DNA of 57,324 bases, filler included, from Malassezia furfur (GCA_052055015.1; 3 parts of 3 records of this genome joined end to end with filler, not necessarily neighbours in it), one strand, 5' to 3'. Positions 47,038 to 57,324 are shown, counted from the first letter of the whole stretch. The notes: generated by a model not told the origin, from the sequence alone. A program made the numbers and translations.

Positions 47038-48585
47038 ATGAAATTGTCCTCGGTGGTTGTGAGTAGCACTGTCGTGCTTGCCTCCGCATTCTCTGTGTCT
47101 GCCCACGTCGGCCGTGGCTTTGCGGTGCCCGAGCCGAATGCGATCTTGCAGACGCGTTCGGGTCATGCGCATGGCCGTCGCTCCCGTATGATGGCGCGCG
47201 CCAACCCGTCGACGGACGCCGAGATGGCGAAGATCGAGGATGCATCGCAGGAATGCAAGCCGTATGGTCTCTCGAACAGTGCCGAGCTCGCGAAAGCATA
47301 CCCCAAGGCTGGTCAGATTGCCGACATTGTCGTTGGCGACGACGAAGGCGGCCGCCTGTTTGAGGAGCTGCTCACCTCCAAGGCCATCCCCAATATCCAG
47401 CCCAAGGAGGGCGTGCAGGACCACATGGGCATCAGCGATCAGGCGTCGAGCTCGTACAACATGGACCAGGACCCCGACTGCTGGTGGACCGCGACCGGCT
47501 GCACCAAGCCCAAGGGCAAGAAGTACGAGGAGGACATTACCTCGTGCCCCGAGCCGCGCACCTGGGGCTTGACGTTTGACGACGGTCCGAACTGCTCGCA
47601 CAATGCCTTCTACGACTACCTGCAGCAGAACAAGCTCAAGGCTACGCTGTTTTACATCGGCACGAACGTGATTGACTGGCCGCTACAGGCGCAGCGCGGC
47701 CTCACCGATGGCCACGACATTTGCGTGCACACCTGGTCGCATCACTACATGACCACGCTGACCAACGCGCAGGTGTTCTCGGAGCTGTACTACACCATGC
47801 GCATTATCAAGGACGTGACTGGCGTGACGCCGCGCTGCTGGCGCCCGCCGTTTGGTGATGTGGACAACCGTGTGCGTGCGATTGCCTCTTTCCTGGGTCT
47901 CCGCACGATCATCTGGGACAATGACACGGACGACTGGAACGTGCAGCCTAGCGGCAGCGAGACGACGCAGCAAATCGACCAGAACTACCAGAACATTATC
48001 AAGCAGGGCAACAACGGCACCACCGACGACCACGGTGTTATTGTGCTGACCCACGAGTTGACGAACAGCACCATGGGCGAGTTTATTCGCCAATACCCCG
48101 CAATCAAGAAAGCGTACGACCACGTTGTCCCGTTGTCGGCTTGCTTCAACGCGACGTCGCCCTACGCCGAGGACAAGCCGACCTACACGACCTTCTCGGA
48201 GTTTGTTGGCGGCAACATCGACGCGCAGGGTCTTCCGGATGCGAACAGTATGACGGTCAATGTCAAGTCGAAGATGGACATCCAGTCGCAAAAGAACCAG
48301 ACTTCGGCCGGTGGTTTCTCGCCCACGTCGATCAAGCAGGCTGCGAACGGCGGTAGCTCGAGCTCGGGCTCGTCGAACTCGTCGTCCAGCGCCGCGGCGA
48401 GCAGCAGCGGCAGCGGCAGCAGCAGCAGCAGCGGCAGCAGCAGCAGCAGCGGCAGCGATGGCGACTCTGCGAGCAACACGCAGAACAAGGGCACCGACGG
48501 TCACAACGGTGCATTCTCGAAGGCGAGCGTGTCGATTGCTTCGTTGGCCGCTTCGGCCGCGCTCTCTTTCCTGTTGTACCTGTAA
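47038..48585 (+). CDS. Chitin deacetylase (CE4), predicted GPI-anchored, copy 1
   Basis: Signal peptide, TFDDGP, HTWSH, RPPFG, Ser-rich linker, hydrophobic C-terminus. Confidence 0.93.
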   Translation: MKLSSVVVSSTVVLASAFSVSAHVGRGFAVPEPNAILQTRSGHAHGRRSRMMARANPSTDAEMAKIEDASQECKPYGLSNSAELAKAYPKAGQIADIVVGDDEGGRLFEELLTSKAIPNIQPKEGVQDHMGISDQASSSYNMDQDPDCWWTATGCTKPKGKKYEEDITSCPEPRTWGLTFDDGPNCSHNAFYDYLQQNKLKATLFYIGTNVIDWPLQAQRGLTDGHDICVHTWSHHYMTTLTNAQVFSELYYTMRIIKDVTGVTPRCWRPPFGDVDNRVRAIASFLGLRTIIWDNDTDDWNVQPSGSETTQQIDQNYQNIIKQGNNGTTDDHGVIVLTHELTNSTMGEFIRQYPAIKKAYDHVVPLSACFNATSPYAEDKPTYTTFSEFVGGNIDAQGLPDANSMTVNVKSKMDIQSQKNQTSAGGFSPTSIKQAANGGSSSSGSSNSSSSAAASSSGSGSSSSSGSSSSSGSDGDSASNTQNKGTDGHNGAFSKASVSIASLAASAALSFLLYL

Positions 48586-49313
48586 AGGACAACCGAGCAG
48601 CCTCCATCGCAAGACGACCTGTGTATTTTCCCCGGCAGCTTATTTGGAAAGGAGGGTGACTGCGGGCCGGTCACGACCATCCTGCTTTAACGCTCTTTAT
48701 GCTATTTTACAGTGCAAACTGGGAGTTTCACCAGGATTGCGGCCATGTCTATGATCTTGGACCCTTTCGATAGAGACCACGAGTAAGCTAGCCATGTTCT
48801 TTGGATCATCGAAGCATCGGGCGCGAACGAACCAGGCATCGAGCTGAGGGGGCCGCCGCACGTGCCACGCGACGTTGGGGCTGGTGGGGCGAGGGTGCGG
48901 CGCGTGCCACAGTGCGTGCCAGTGCGGCGCGTGTCGGGTGTTGCGCGCGGCGGAGGGCGGAGCTAGTGCGTCGGAAAATCCCTTGCCCTGACATAAGCAT
49001 GACCCCGAGTGGACTACCGATCACCTCCACTACCCCGCGCCAAGGACGCGCGCGCGCTCATCGTCGCCGCCAAGCGACACTGCCACAGTCGATTTTAGTA
49101 AAAAGTGGATAGAGAAGTGACATTTGTGCACAATGACGTTCTATACGATCGCGACCGCGCCAGTCATCGCGTTCCAATTCCGATCGCCGGGCCAACAGTG
49201 TCGTGTGAAGCTGCAGGGCGCACGGTGGGCATCTACAACATAGCGAACTTTGTTCCCACATTAGTCGAGCCTTTCGTCCCATCCTCCCACATCGACCTTG
49301 CTCTCTTGGCACC

Positions 49314-50762
49314 ATGCAGTTGAGCACGAAGTTCGTTCTTTCTCTCCTTGTGGCCGCATCGACGGCCTCGGCCAGGATCATGCAGGTCATTCCTGGTGAG
49401 CTCGAGGCGCGCAACGTCGCTGAGCCGGCGCGCCCCACGAACCGTGTGGTTCGCGGGCACGCGTTCAGTCGCCGTGCGGGCGCGACGAACGCCGCCGAGT
49501 ACGCCCAGATCACGGACCCTGCGCAAGAGTGCACGGCGTACGGTGACGACCAGGTCACACAAATGCAGCAGCAAAAGGACTTCCCCACCGTGAGTCAGAT
49601 TGCCAGCATTGTCGACGGCGACGACGAGGCCAACTCGCTGTGGTCCGACATCCAAAAGTCGGGCATCATTCCCTCGAGCGTCAACGTGAAGCCGCAGCAG
49701 GGCAGCGACCACATGGGTATCAACATGGGCAGCTACAACTCGCAGCAGGACCCTGACTGCTGGTGGTCGGCGAACCAATGTGTGACGCCCAAGCACGATG
49801 GTCTGCCGAGCGACCTGGCGTCGTGCCCCGAGCCGGATACGTGGGGTCTGACGTTCGATGATGGCCCCAACTGCACGCACAACTCGTTCTACGATTTCCT
49901 GTCGCAGAACAGCCTGAAGGCCACCATGTTCTACATTGGCTCGAACGTCGTCAACTGGCCCTACCAGGCGCAGCGCGGTGTGGTGGATGGCCACGACATC
50001 TGTGTCCACACCTGGTCGCACCGCTACATGACCACGCTGGAGAGCGACCAGGTGTTTGCCGAGCTGTACTACACCGCCAAGGTCATTAAGCAGATTACGG
50101 GTGTGACGCCGACGTGCTGGCGTCCCCCGTACGGTGACGTGGACGACCGTGTGCGCGCGATTGCGTACGGTCTGGGCATGCGCACGATTCTCTGGGAGGA
50201 CGACACGGACGACTGGAAGATTCTGCCGGAGCCCAACGGTATGCCCACCTCGCAGATCGACCAGAACTACCAGAGCATCATTGACAAGGCGAGCTCCGAG
50301 AGCCCCATTGTCCTTACGCACGAGATCAATGCGCACACCATGAAGGAGTTCCAGAAGATGTACCCCAAGATCAAGGACGCGTACAAGAACGTGGTGCCTC
50401 TGACCGCCTGCCAGAACGTCACGAAGCCCTACCCCGACAGCGACATCACCTACCCTGCGTTTAGCGACTTTGTTGGTGGCAAGGTCAACGCGTCGGGTCT
50501 CCCGAGCGGCGACTCGATCAAGGTGGATGCCTCGGCCAAGTACCAGCCGTCGAACCTGAACGACACCAAGGTGGGCTACGGTCACCCGCAGTCTGGCTCG
50601 AGCTCGAGCTCGAGCTCGAGCTCGGGTTCGAGCTCCAAGTCGGACAGCTCGAGCTCCGGCGGCTCGGACAGCAAGAGCGGCGCTGCGAGCCTCGTTGCCT
50701 CGCAGGCCTCGTTTGCTGCTCTGAGCGGCGCGGCGCTCCTCTCCCTGCTTGCTCTGCTGTAA
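49314..50762 (+). CDS. Chitin deacetylase (CE4), predicted GPI-anchored, copy 2
   Basis: TFDDGP, HTWSH, RPPYG; same architecture as copy 1. Confidence 0.93.
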   Translation: MQLSTKFVLSLLVAASTASARIMQVIPGELEARNVAEPARPTNRVVRGHAFSRRAGATNAAEYAQITDPAQECTAYGDDQVTQMQQQKDFPTVSQIASIVDGDDEANSLWSDIQKSGIIPSSVNVKPQQGSDHMGINMGSYNSQQDPDCWWSANQCVTPKHDGLPSDLASCPEPDTWGLTFDDGPNCTHNSFYDFLSQNSLKATMFYIGSNVVNWPYQAQRGVVDGHDICVHTWSHRYMTTLESDQVFAELYYTAKVIKQITGVTPTCWRPPYGDVDDRVRAIAYGLGMRTILWEDDTDDWKILPEPNGMPTSQIDQNYQSIIDKASSESPIVLTHEINAHTMKEFQKMYPKIKDAYKNVVPLTACQNVTKPYPDSDITYPAFSDFVGGKVNASGLPSGDSIKVDASAKYQPSNLNDTKVGYGHPQSGSSSSSSSSSGSSSKSDSSSSGGSDSKSGAASLVASQASFAALSGAALLSLLALL

Positions 50763-51311
50763 ATTGAGTGTACAGACGGCAAACAATTTTGCCCACATTT
50801 ATATACACTTCTAATGCCATCTCTTTTCCTATAGCAAGTGCGTTTTTGTCGATAGCGTGCACTTTGTGCTTGTCTTGCCTTGCTAGCCTGGTCAGCGTGC
50901 GTCTTCGTATGGCTTCCACGAGGTAGACGCGCGGTAGTCGCGTGGAAATCACGTGGCGAGCGCGTGAACGCTTCCTCGCGTCGGCGCGTGCCTTGATCAC
51001 TAAACAGGCGGTCGCTGATGCCCGTCGGACCAATGGCGTATTTTTTTTTTTTCGATGCGGATGTCGCAAGGCCGGAATTTGTTCAACGAGAAACTAGCCT
51101 GCCGTGCCTGATGCGCCTATTGCGCTGCTAATCCAATCGTGCGCGCAGGTGATTTCAGGCGACAGTGCCCTGCGTCGTTGAGATGCGGGAATTCGTTCGC
51201 GGATTCTGGTGGGCTCAAAAGGCGCTGGCAATCTGAAGTATAAAACAGCGCAACAAGCCGGGACTCGTGCGCAACGTCCGGGTCCGTTTTGAGATACCCT
51301 TTCCCCTCCCC

Positions 51312-52787
51312 ATGCAGCTCTACCTTCCCCTCTCCCTTGCCGCGCTAGCTTCCGTGGCTAGCGCTTCGATCCTTCATGTAATTCCGGGTACTTTCCAGCC
51401 GCGCAGTGAACATGTGCCCACCCGGTCGCACTCCCTCATCCGCCGTGCACACCCCAGCACGGCAGCGCAGTTTGCCTCCCTGAACAACCCCCAGCAGGAG
51501 TGCAAGCCGTACGGCATTGATGCTCTGACAGCAATGCAGCAGCAGAAAGAATTTCCAGAGGACTGGAAGGTTGCGCACATCATTGATAATGACACGGATG
51601 CACAGCAGATCTGGAAGGAGATCCAGGACTCGGGCATCATCCCCTCAGATGTCCAGGTCAAGACGGCAGACAACAGCACGGGCGCCTTTATGGGCGTCAA
51701 ACAGTCCGGCTATGATGACAACTCGGACCCTGACTGCTGGTGGACTTCGACTGGCTGCATGACCCCCAAGCACAAGGGTCTCGACATGGACTTGTCCACC
51801 TGCCCCGAGCCCGATACATGGGGCCTTTCGTTTGACGACGGTCCGAACTGCACGCATAATGCGTTCTACGACTTCCTATCGCAGAACAACCTGAAGGCTA
51901 CTATGTTCTACATCGGCAGCAACGTCTTGGACAACCCGCTGCAGGCGCAGCGCGGGATTGTGGATGGCCACGACATTTGTGTCCACACCTGGTCGCACCA
52001 CTATACCACGACGCTCACCAACGAAGAGGTCTTCGCCGAGCTGTACTACACGGCGAAAGTGATCAAGAAGGTTGTGGGTGTGACACCGACGTGCTGGCGT
52101 GCGCCGTACGGTGACGTGGATGACCGTGTGCGTGCGATTGCCTCTGGCCTGGGTCTGCGTACGATTCTCTGGGAAGAGGACACGAACGACTGGGATATTG
52201 TTCCCTCTGGCTCGGACAGCACGCAGCAGATCGATCAGAACTACGAGAACATCTTCAACAAGGCGGGCTCCGAGAGCCCGATTGTGCTGACGCACGAGCT
52301 GGTCCTGCAGACTATGGAGGAGTTCCAGAAGATGTACCCGCAACTGAAGAAGGCGTACAAGAATGTGGTGCCTCTCTCGGCATGCCAGAATGTCACGCAG
52401 GTGTACCCCGACAGCAACATTTCGTACCCCACCTTTTCTGAATTTGTGGGCGGCAACGTCAATGCCTCGGGCCTTCCTGACGGGAACACCATCCAGGTGG
52501 ATTCCTCCGCAAAATTCTCGCCCAAGAGTCTCAACAACACGCAGATTGGCTTTGGCCACCCTCAGTCCGCAGTGGCCGCGAGCAAGTCGAGCTCTGCGGG
52601 CAGCTCGAGCTCGCAGAGCAAGAACGCATCCTCGAGCCAGTCGTCGAGCAAAGCGAAGAGCGCCGGCTCCAAGTCGAGCGACCAGAACAAGAATGCTGAG
52701 AGTGGTGCGAAGGGGTTGATGGTCTCGCTGCCGCTTACTACTGTGGTGGCTGCTACCGCGGCGTTCGCCTTGCTGGCCCTGTCGTAA
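51312..52787 (+). CDS. Chitin deacetylase (CE4), predicted GPI-anchored, copy 3
   Basis: SFDDGP, HTWSH, RAPYG; ATG 51312; TATAAAA at ~51239. Confidence 0.93.
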   Translation: MQLYLPLSLAALASVASASILHVIPGTFQPRSEHVPTRSHSLIRRAHPSTAAQFASLNNPQQECKPYGIDALTAMQQQKEFPEDWKVAHIIDNDTDAQQIWKEIQDSGIIPSDVQVKTADNSTGAFMGVKQSGYDDNSDPDCWWTSTGCMTPKHKGLDMDLSTCPEPDTWGLSFDDGPNCTHNAFYDFLSQNNLKATMFYIGSNVLDNPLQAQRGIVDGHDICVHTWSHHYTTTLTNEEVFAELYYTAKVIKKVVGVTPTCWRAPYGDVDDRVRAIASGLGLRTILWEEDTNDWDIVPSGSDSTQQIDQNYENIFNKAGSESPIVLTHELVLQTMEEFQKMYPQLKKAYKNVVPLSACQNVTQVYPDSNISYPTFSEFVGGNVNASGLPDGNTIQVDSSAKFSPKSLNNTQIGFGHPQSAVAASKSSSAGSSSSQSKNASSSQSSSKAKSAGSKSSDQNKNAESGAKGLMVSLPLTTVVAATAAFALLALS

Positions 52788-53100
52788 TCCGACTCCCATC
52801 GTTGACGTAATTTCCCAATAGACAATCTATATTGACGCACCCCTGGCCAGGTACGCAGCGACTTTCTCGCGTGTGTGACCCAATTGTCAATGCACTTTTC
52901 TGCTGACTCAGAGCGCAGGTCCGGATTCGTGGCGATCCCCCCCTTCTGATTGGCGGACGCTTGCCCATCAGGTCGGGCATGCCAGACACAGCCTCATTGA
53001 CTGGCACGCGCGAATTTTTTTCGGGAATTAAACTGCGGGAATTATCCTTTAAGAACAGGGGAAGGGTTTGAGTCGTGTGTTTTTATCCCGAACTTGTACG

Positions 53101-54525
53101 ATGCAGTTCCGTACGGCTCTTGCAGTGCTGGTTGCGGCGTCTTATGCTTCTGCAGGCATTCTTCGCGTTATTCCGGGTGAGGTTGAGAGGCGTTCGATGC
53201 ACAAGTCGAACGCCAACCACCCTCGCGCGCTGAGCCGCCGTGCCCCGACGAACGAGGTCGACGAGGCCAGCATCACAGACCCGTCGCAGGAATGCACTGC
53301 CTACAGTGTTTCTGCCCTTGAGAAGTCGAAGAGTGGCTATCCGACTATCTGGCAGATTGCTTCGATCGTGCAGGGCGATGACGAGGCCAACAGTGTGTGG
53401 CAGGACATCCAGAACTCCAACATCATTCCCTCCGATGTGCAAGTGAAACAGGAGCAGGGTACCGAGCATATGGGCGTTAGCTCGTCTGGGTACGACACGT
53501 CTTCGGACCCCGACTGCTGGTGGACGGCCAAGAACTGTGTGCAGCCGAAGCACCAGGGTCTCGACATGGATCTCACTAGCTGCCCCGAGCCCAACACGTG
53601 GGGCCTGACGTTTGACGACGGTCCGAACTGCACACACAATGCGTTCTACGACTTCCTGTCGCAGAACAACTTGAAGGCTACCATGTTCTACATCGGTAGC
53701 AATGTGATGGACTGGCCTTACCAGGCGCAGCGCGGCATCGTCGACGGCCACGACATTTGCGTCCACACCTGGTCGCACCACTACACCACGACGCTCACCA
53801 ACGAGCAGGTGTTTGCTGAGCTGTACTACACGGCCAAGGCCATCAAGCAGGTGGTCGGTGTGACGCCGACGTGCTGGCGTCCCCCGTACGGTGACGTGGA
53901 CGACCGTGTGCGCGCGATTGCGTACGGTCTGGGTCTCCGTACGATCCTCTGGGAAGAGGACACGGACGACTGGAACATTATCCCTGCCGGCACGAAGAGC
54001 ACGCAGCAGATCGACCAGAACTACGAGAACATCTTCAACAAGGCGGGCTCCGAGAGCCCGATTGTGCTGACGCACGAGATTGTGTTGCAGACCATGGAGG
54101 AGTTCCAGAAGATGTACCCGCAACTGAAGAAGGCGTACAAGAATGTGGTGCCCCTGACTGCATGCCAGAACGTGACGAAGCCGTACCCGGACAGCGACAT
54201 TAGCTACCCCACCTTCTCGGACTTTGTGGGCGGCAACGTCAACGCTTCGGGTCTGCCCGATGGCTCGAGCATCTCGGTGCAGTCCAACGTTACCTTTGAG
54301 CCCAAGAACTTGAACGACACGCAGATCGGCTATGGTCACCCGATGTCGGCGGAGGCAGCGCAGAAGTCGTCGAGCAGCTCGAGCTCGGGCAAGTCGAGCT
54401 CGGGTTCGTCGTCGAGCACGGGCAAGTCGAGCTCGAGTGACAACAAGAACGGTGCTAGTGTGCTTTCGATTTCCTCTGCCGCACTCGTCGGCGCCACTCT
54501 TTTGTCTTCGCTGATGCTCCTCTAA
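53101..54525 (+). CDS. Chitin deacetylase (CE4), predicted GPI-anchored, copy 4
   Basis: TFDDGP, HTWSH, RPPYG; ATG 53101. Confidence 0.93.
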   Translation: MQFRTALAVLVAASYASAGILRVIPGEVERRSMHKSNANHPRALSRRAPTNEVDEASITDPSQECTAYSVSALEKSKSGYPTIWQIASIVQGDDEANSVWQDIQNSNIIPSDVQVKQEQGTEHMGVSSSGYDTSSDPDCWWTAKNCVQPKHQGLDMDLTSCPEPNTWGLTFDDGPNCTHNAFYDFLSQNNLKATMFYIGSNVMDWPYQAQRGIVDGHDICVHTWSHHYTTTLTNEQVFAELYYTAKAIKQVVGVTPTCWRPPYGDVDDRVRAIAYGLGLRTILWEEDTDDWNIIPAGTKSTQQIDQNYENIFNKAGSESPIVLTHEIVLQTMEEFQKMYPQLKKAYKNVVPLTACQNVTKPYPDSDISYPTFSDFVGGNVNASGLPDGSSISVQSNVTFEPKNLNDTQIGYGHPMSAEAAQKSSSSSSSGKSSSGSSSSTGKSSSSDNKNGASVLSISSAALVGATLLSSLMLL

Positions 54526-54611
54526 GTACACCTTGTATTTTCGAGCGTATTCTCCTTGTATATCGTATTTGATAGCTACAAGACTATTTCATCTTCTTAT
54601 TACTTGGCCGC

Positions 54612-55457
54612 TCACAAAGTCACCGTACCCTGAATCACCAGGCTGCAATGCCCTGTAATCCAGATGCTCTTGTCTGATTCAGTGACGATACCAATGTCCG
54701 CCTCGCGCTTGAGGATGGTCCCCTGACGCACCGTATACGACGGCGGCGCAAGCTGGCTCCCCGTGAGCCATTTTGCGAGACCTCCGTTCAAACTGCCCGT
54801 CGCCGGATCTTCACCGTTCGACACGACAGGGGCGATCGCTCGCACCTCGTAGTCGGCCGGTCCGTTTTGGCTATGCGGCCCAACGAGCCCCACAAACGCG
54901 TTATCGAGGGCAGGAAGGTCAGGGCGGACCGAAAGTACCGTCTCTGCACTGTCCAGCAAGATTCCCATGAAGCCCGGTCCGTTGTCCACCCAGTTCGAGG
55001 CCACGACACGGGACTTGTCCACGCCGAGCGCCTTGAGGACCTTTTCGAGGATTGCATCGTCAATCGCGCCACTGCGTAACAATTCGGGTGCTTGGAATCC
55101 CAGCTGGGCATCGTCACGGCGCAGTTTCACGAGTCCGATGCCACACTCTTGCGTAATGTACTCCGGTGACGAGGGTTGCCCACCCCGGGCAAGCCACGCA
55201 TAGGCGCTACCCAATGTGGGGTGGCCCGCGAATGGCAGTTCCTTCCCATCCGGCATGAATATGCGGAGTCGGTAATCTGCTCCTTTCTGGGTCGGCTTCA
55301 TGAGGAACGTCGTTTCAGACAGGTTGGTCCATCGCGCGAACGACTGCATCTGCGCATCGGACAGGCCATCAGCATCGTGCACCACAGCGACCGGGTTCCC
55401 CAACGTCGGGGTTTTGGAAAAGACGTCCACCTGCGAGAACGGGCGCGACTGCGTCAT
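54612..55457 (-). CDS. PhzF-family (phenazine biosynthesis-like) isomerase
   Basis: VDVF....GNPVAVV, NLSETTF, ELPFAGHPTLG and EDPATGS motifs; intronless. Confidence 0.9.
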   Translation of the reverse strand: MTQSRPFSQVDVFSKTPTLGNPVAVVHDADGLSDAQMQSFARWTNLSETTFLMKPTQKGADYRLRIFMPDGKELPFAGHPTLGSAYAWLARGGQPSSPEYITQECGIGLVKLRRDDAQLGFQAPELLRSGAIDDAILEKVLKALGVDKSRVVASNWVDNGPGFMGILLDSAETVLSVRPDLPALDNAFVGLVGPHSQNGPADYEVRAIAPVVSNGEDPATGSLNGGLAKWLTGSQLAPPSYTVRQGTILKREADIGIVTESDKSIWITGHCSLVIQGTVTL

Positions 55458-55848
55458 TTCTTGCGCTATCGAACTAAACGGTGCTCGGCCAACCACGCGG
55501 CAAACTTCAACCTCTGCGCTAGATGCTCGTGAGGTATTTCTGCACGGACCGCCTGTGGACTGACTCGAGCATCGATTTCCACGTGGTTTCTTACTCGCCA
55601 TATCATTGGTCGGGCGTCTTTGTCGCATCGACCAAGGCCAGCATACTCCTTGTCGATTGGGTCTACTGCGCCAAAGTTACTCTGAGCCCCGCATCAGGGG
55701 AACAAGAGCCTATGCGTTATTGATTTGGTTGATTCAAGGACTAGTCTTGAGGACCAGAAAGCTGACCCTCGTTACTTTAACGGGTATCTATTGATAACTG
55801 CCTTGTGCCCACCCTCTCTGCTAGTCCCTTCCACTGGGAGTTCCCAGC

Positions 55849-57183
55849 ATGTCCGTCCCTGATATTCCTGGGACCAAGCTGCCTGAGGGGCAGCAATTGA
55901 TGTTTCTTCGTGACCATGTGCGTGAGCTTTGTCGACTCAACACGATCAAGTACGTATGTCTCGCGGGCTCTTTCTAACCCGTGAGGTTCCCCGGAGCCCA
56001 GCCCATTTCGTTCAACAAGCAGTCGCTGGATACTCTCTTGACGGAAGAGTGCGTGTCGATGTCCTAACGGTGCAGTTTCTGGGTGTGCGAGAAGTCCGAT
56101 GGCCAGCGCGTGCTTGTGCTGATTGTCGTCCCGCCTGCTACGGGCCAGCAAGAAGTCTTTTTGATTGACCGCAAGAACAACTACTACCAAGTTCACAACC
56201 TCTCTTTCCCCCACCACAACCCTGCCTCGCCGGAAGCTGTCGCTTTTGGGGGCCAGCGCACGAACACGCTCGTCGATGGCGAGCTGGTCATCGATACGAT
56301 TTCGCCCGAGCAGACCAAATTGCGGCTTCTTTTGTTCGATTGCCTCGTGATTGACGGCGAGAATGTGACGCGCAAGCCGTTCGGGCGGAGGTATGCGCGG
56401 CTGAACAGTCACCTGTACCCCCCGTACCACTCCTATATGAAGAAGAACGCGATGGCGCAGGTCATGGCACCGTTTGAAGTGAAGATCAAGCGCATGGATC
56501 TCGCGTACGGGATCGAGAAGGTGCTTCTGGACGGGCAGAAGCACCTGCAGCACAAGAGCGACGGTCTGATCTTTACGAGCTTCCCCAGCGGGTACACGTG
56601 TGGAACGGATCCCAAGATCCTCAAGTGGAAGCCGCCGCAGGACAACACGATCGACTTCAAGGTCGAGCTGCGCTTCCCCCCCGATCTGGAAGATGACCCG
56701 AGCGGTGCTACGCCGGACTACCGTGCCAAGCCCTTTATCAAGCTGATGCAGCACTCGCACGGCCACCAGCATGAACTGTTTGATTATCTCGAGATGAGTG
56801 ATGAGGAATGGGAGCGGTGGAAGCAGTCGGGCGAGCAGCTCGACGACCGGATCGTCGAGTGTGCCTGGCGTCCTCGGGAAGAGGGTTCCGAGCGGTTCGA
56901 GTGGCATATTTTCCGCATTCGTGACGACAAGCAGCATGCCAACCACAAGTCGACCGTGAAACGCATCTTGGAAAGCATCAAGGACGGTGTAGAGGAGCAG
57001 GAGCTGATTGACCTGGCGCCGGCCATCCGTGCCGCATGGAAGACGCCCGAGCGGGAAAAGTTCCGCGAGACGATCAACCACTCCCGGAACAAGGGCAAGA
57101 ATGTCTGTCCCTTTATTCGCGGGGGCGGCGGTCCTGGCCCCCCCATGCGGCGCGGGGGGATGCCCGGCATCAACCGCCGGTGA
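55849..57183 (+). CDS. CEG1: mRNA capping guanylyltransferase; introns 55950-55985 (36 nt) and 56049-56075 (27 nt)
   Basis: Splicing restores KFPGAQPISF and EDFWVCEKSDG (KxDG); TLVDGELV, HKSDGLIF, LKWKP and IRDDK motifs. Confidence 0.93.
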
Positions 57184-57250
57184 GGCCGCCTCGTGTACGT
57201 GTATTGGGTCTGGCCGTGCTGGGCCGTACATAGACCGACTGTATTGTTAT

Positions 57251-57324
57251 CTATTTCTTCTTGCCGCGCTTGTTCTTCTTCTTCTTCTTTTGCGAGGAGG
57301 AGGATGGGGTTGGGTTGGCCTGGG
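57251..57324 (-). CDS. 3' end of an unidentified gene (…SSSSQKKKKKNKRGKKK*)
   Basis: AAG-rich open frame ending in TAG, convergent with CEG1. Confidence 0.5.
   Translation of the reverse strand, partial: QANPTPSSSSQKKKKKNKRGKKK

Noticed and set aside
55670..55850. Minus-strand GGGGCTCA resembling the RNase MRP P4 3' strand
   Set aside because: No matching GAAAGUCCCC-type 5' strand nearby, so evidence is insufficient.

Overview
This is a fungal (basidiomycete yeast) genomic window. Gene content, compactness and the telomere repeat point to Malassezia, probably the M. furfur group (inference). Three contigs are joined by artificial N44-TTAATTAATTAA-N44 linkers. Contig 1 (1-19186) has a block of nutrient-acquisition genes: two tandem secreted lipases (the complete copy has a long Ser-rich repeat stalk), two MFS monocarboxylate-type transporters, THI4 and two OPT transporters. 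THI4 and the second OPT each carry one in-frame stop. Contig 2 (19287-38338) is a GC-rich, very compact housekeeping block: TOR, DOA1, PQ-loop protein, NUC1, CAR2, a MAPR protein, NHP2, MSW1, PEX13 and RPL10. It also holds a non-coding host transcript with three intronic box C/D snoRNAs and a 4-nt micro-exon. Contig 3 (38439-end) starts at a (TTAGGA)n telomere, followed by an amidase, an orphan gene, a DHA1 transporter, a fatty acid hydroxylase, four tandem chitin deacetylases, a PhzF-family gene and CEG1. The strongest signal is ultra-short spliceosomal introns. By hand I reconstructed 24 introns in protein-coding genes, 18 of them 21-28 nt. The amidase alone has seven, including four of exactly 21 nt with the putative branch A at intron position 16 (sixth nt from the 3' end). 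All calls are by eye from the sequence; no searches were run.
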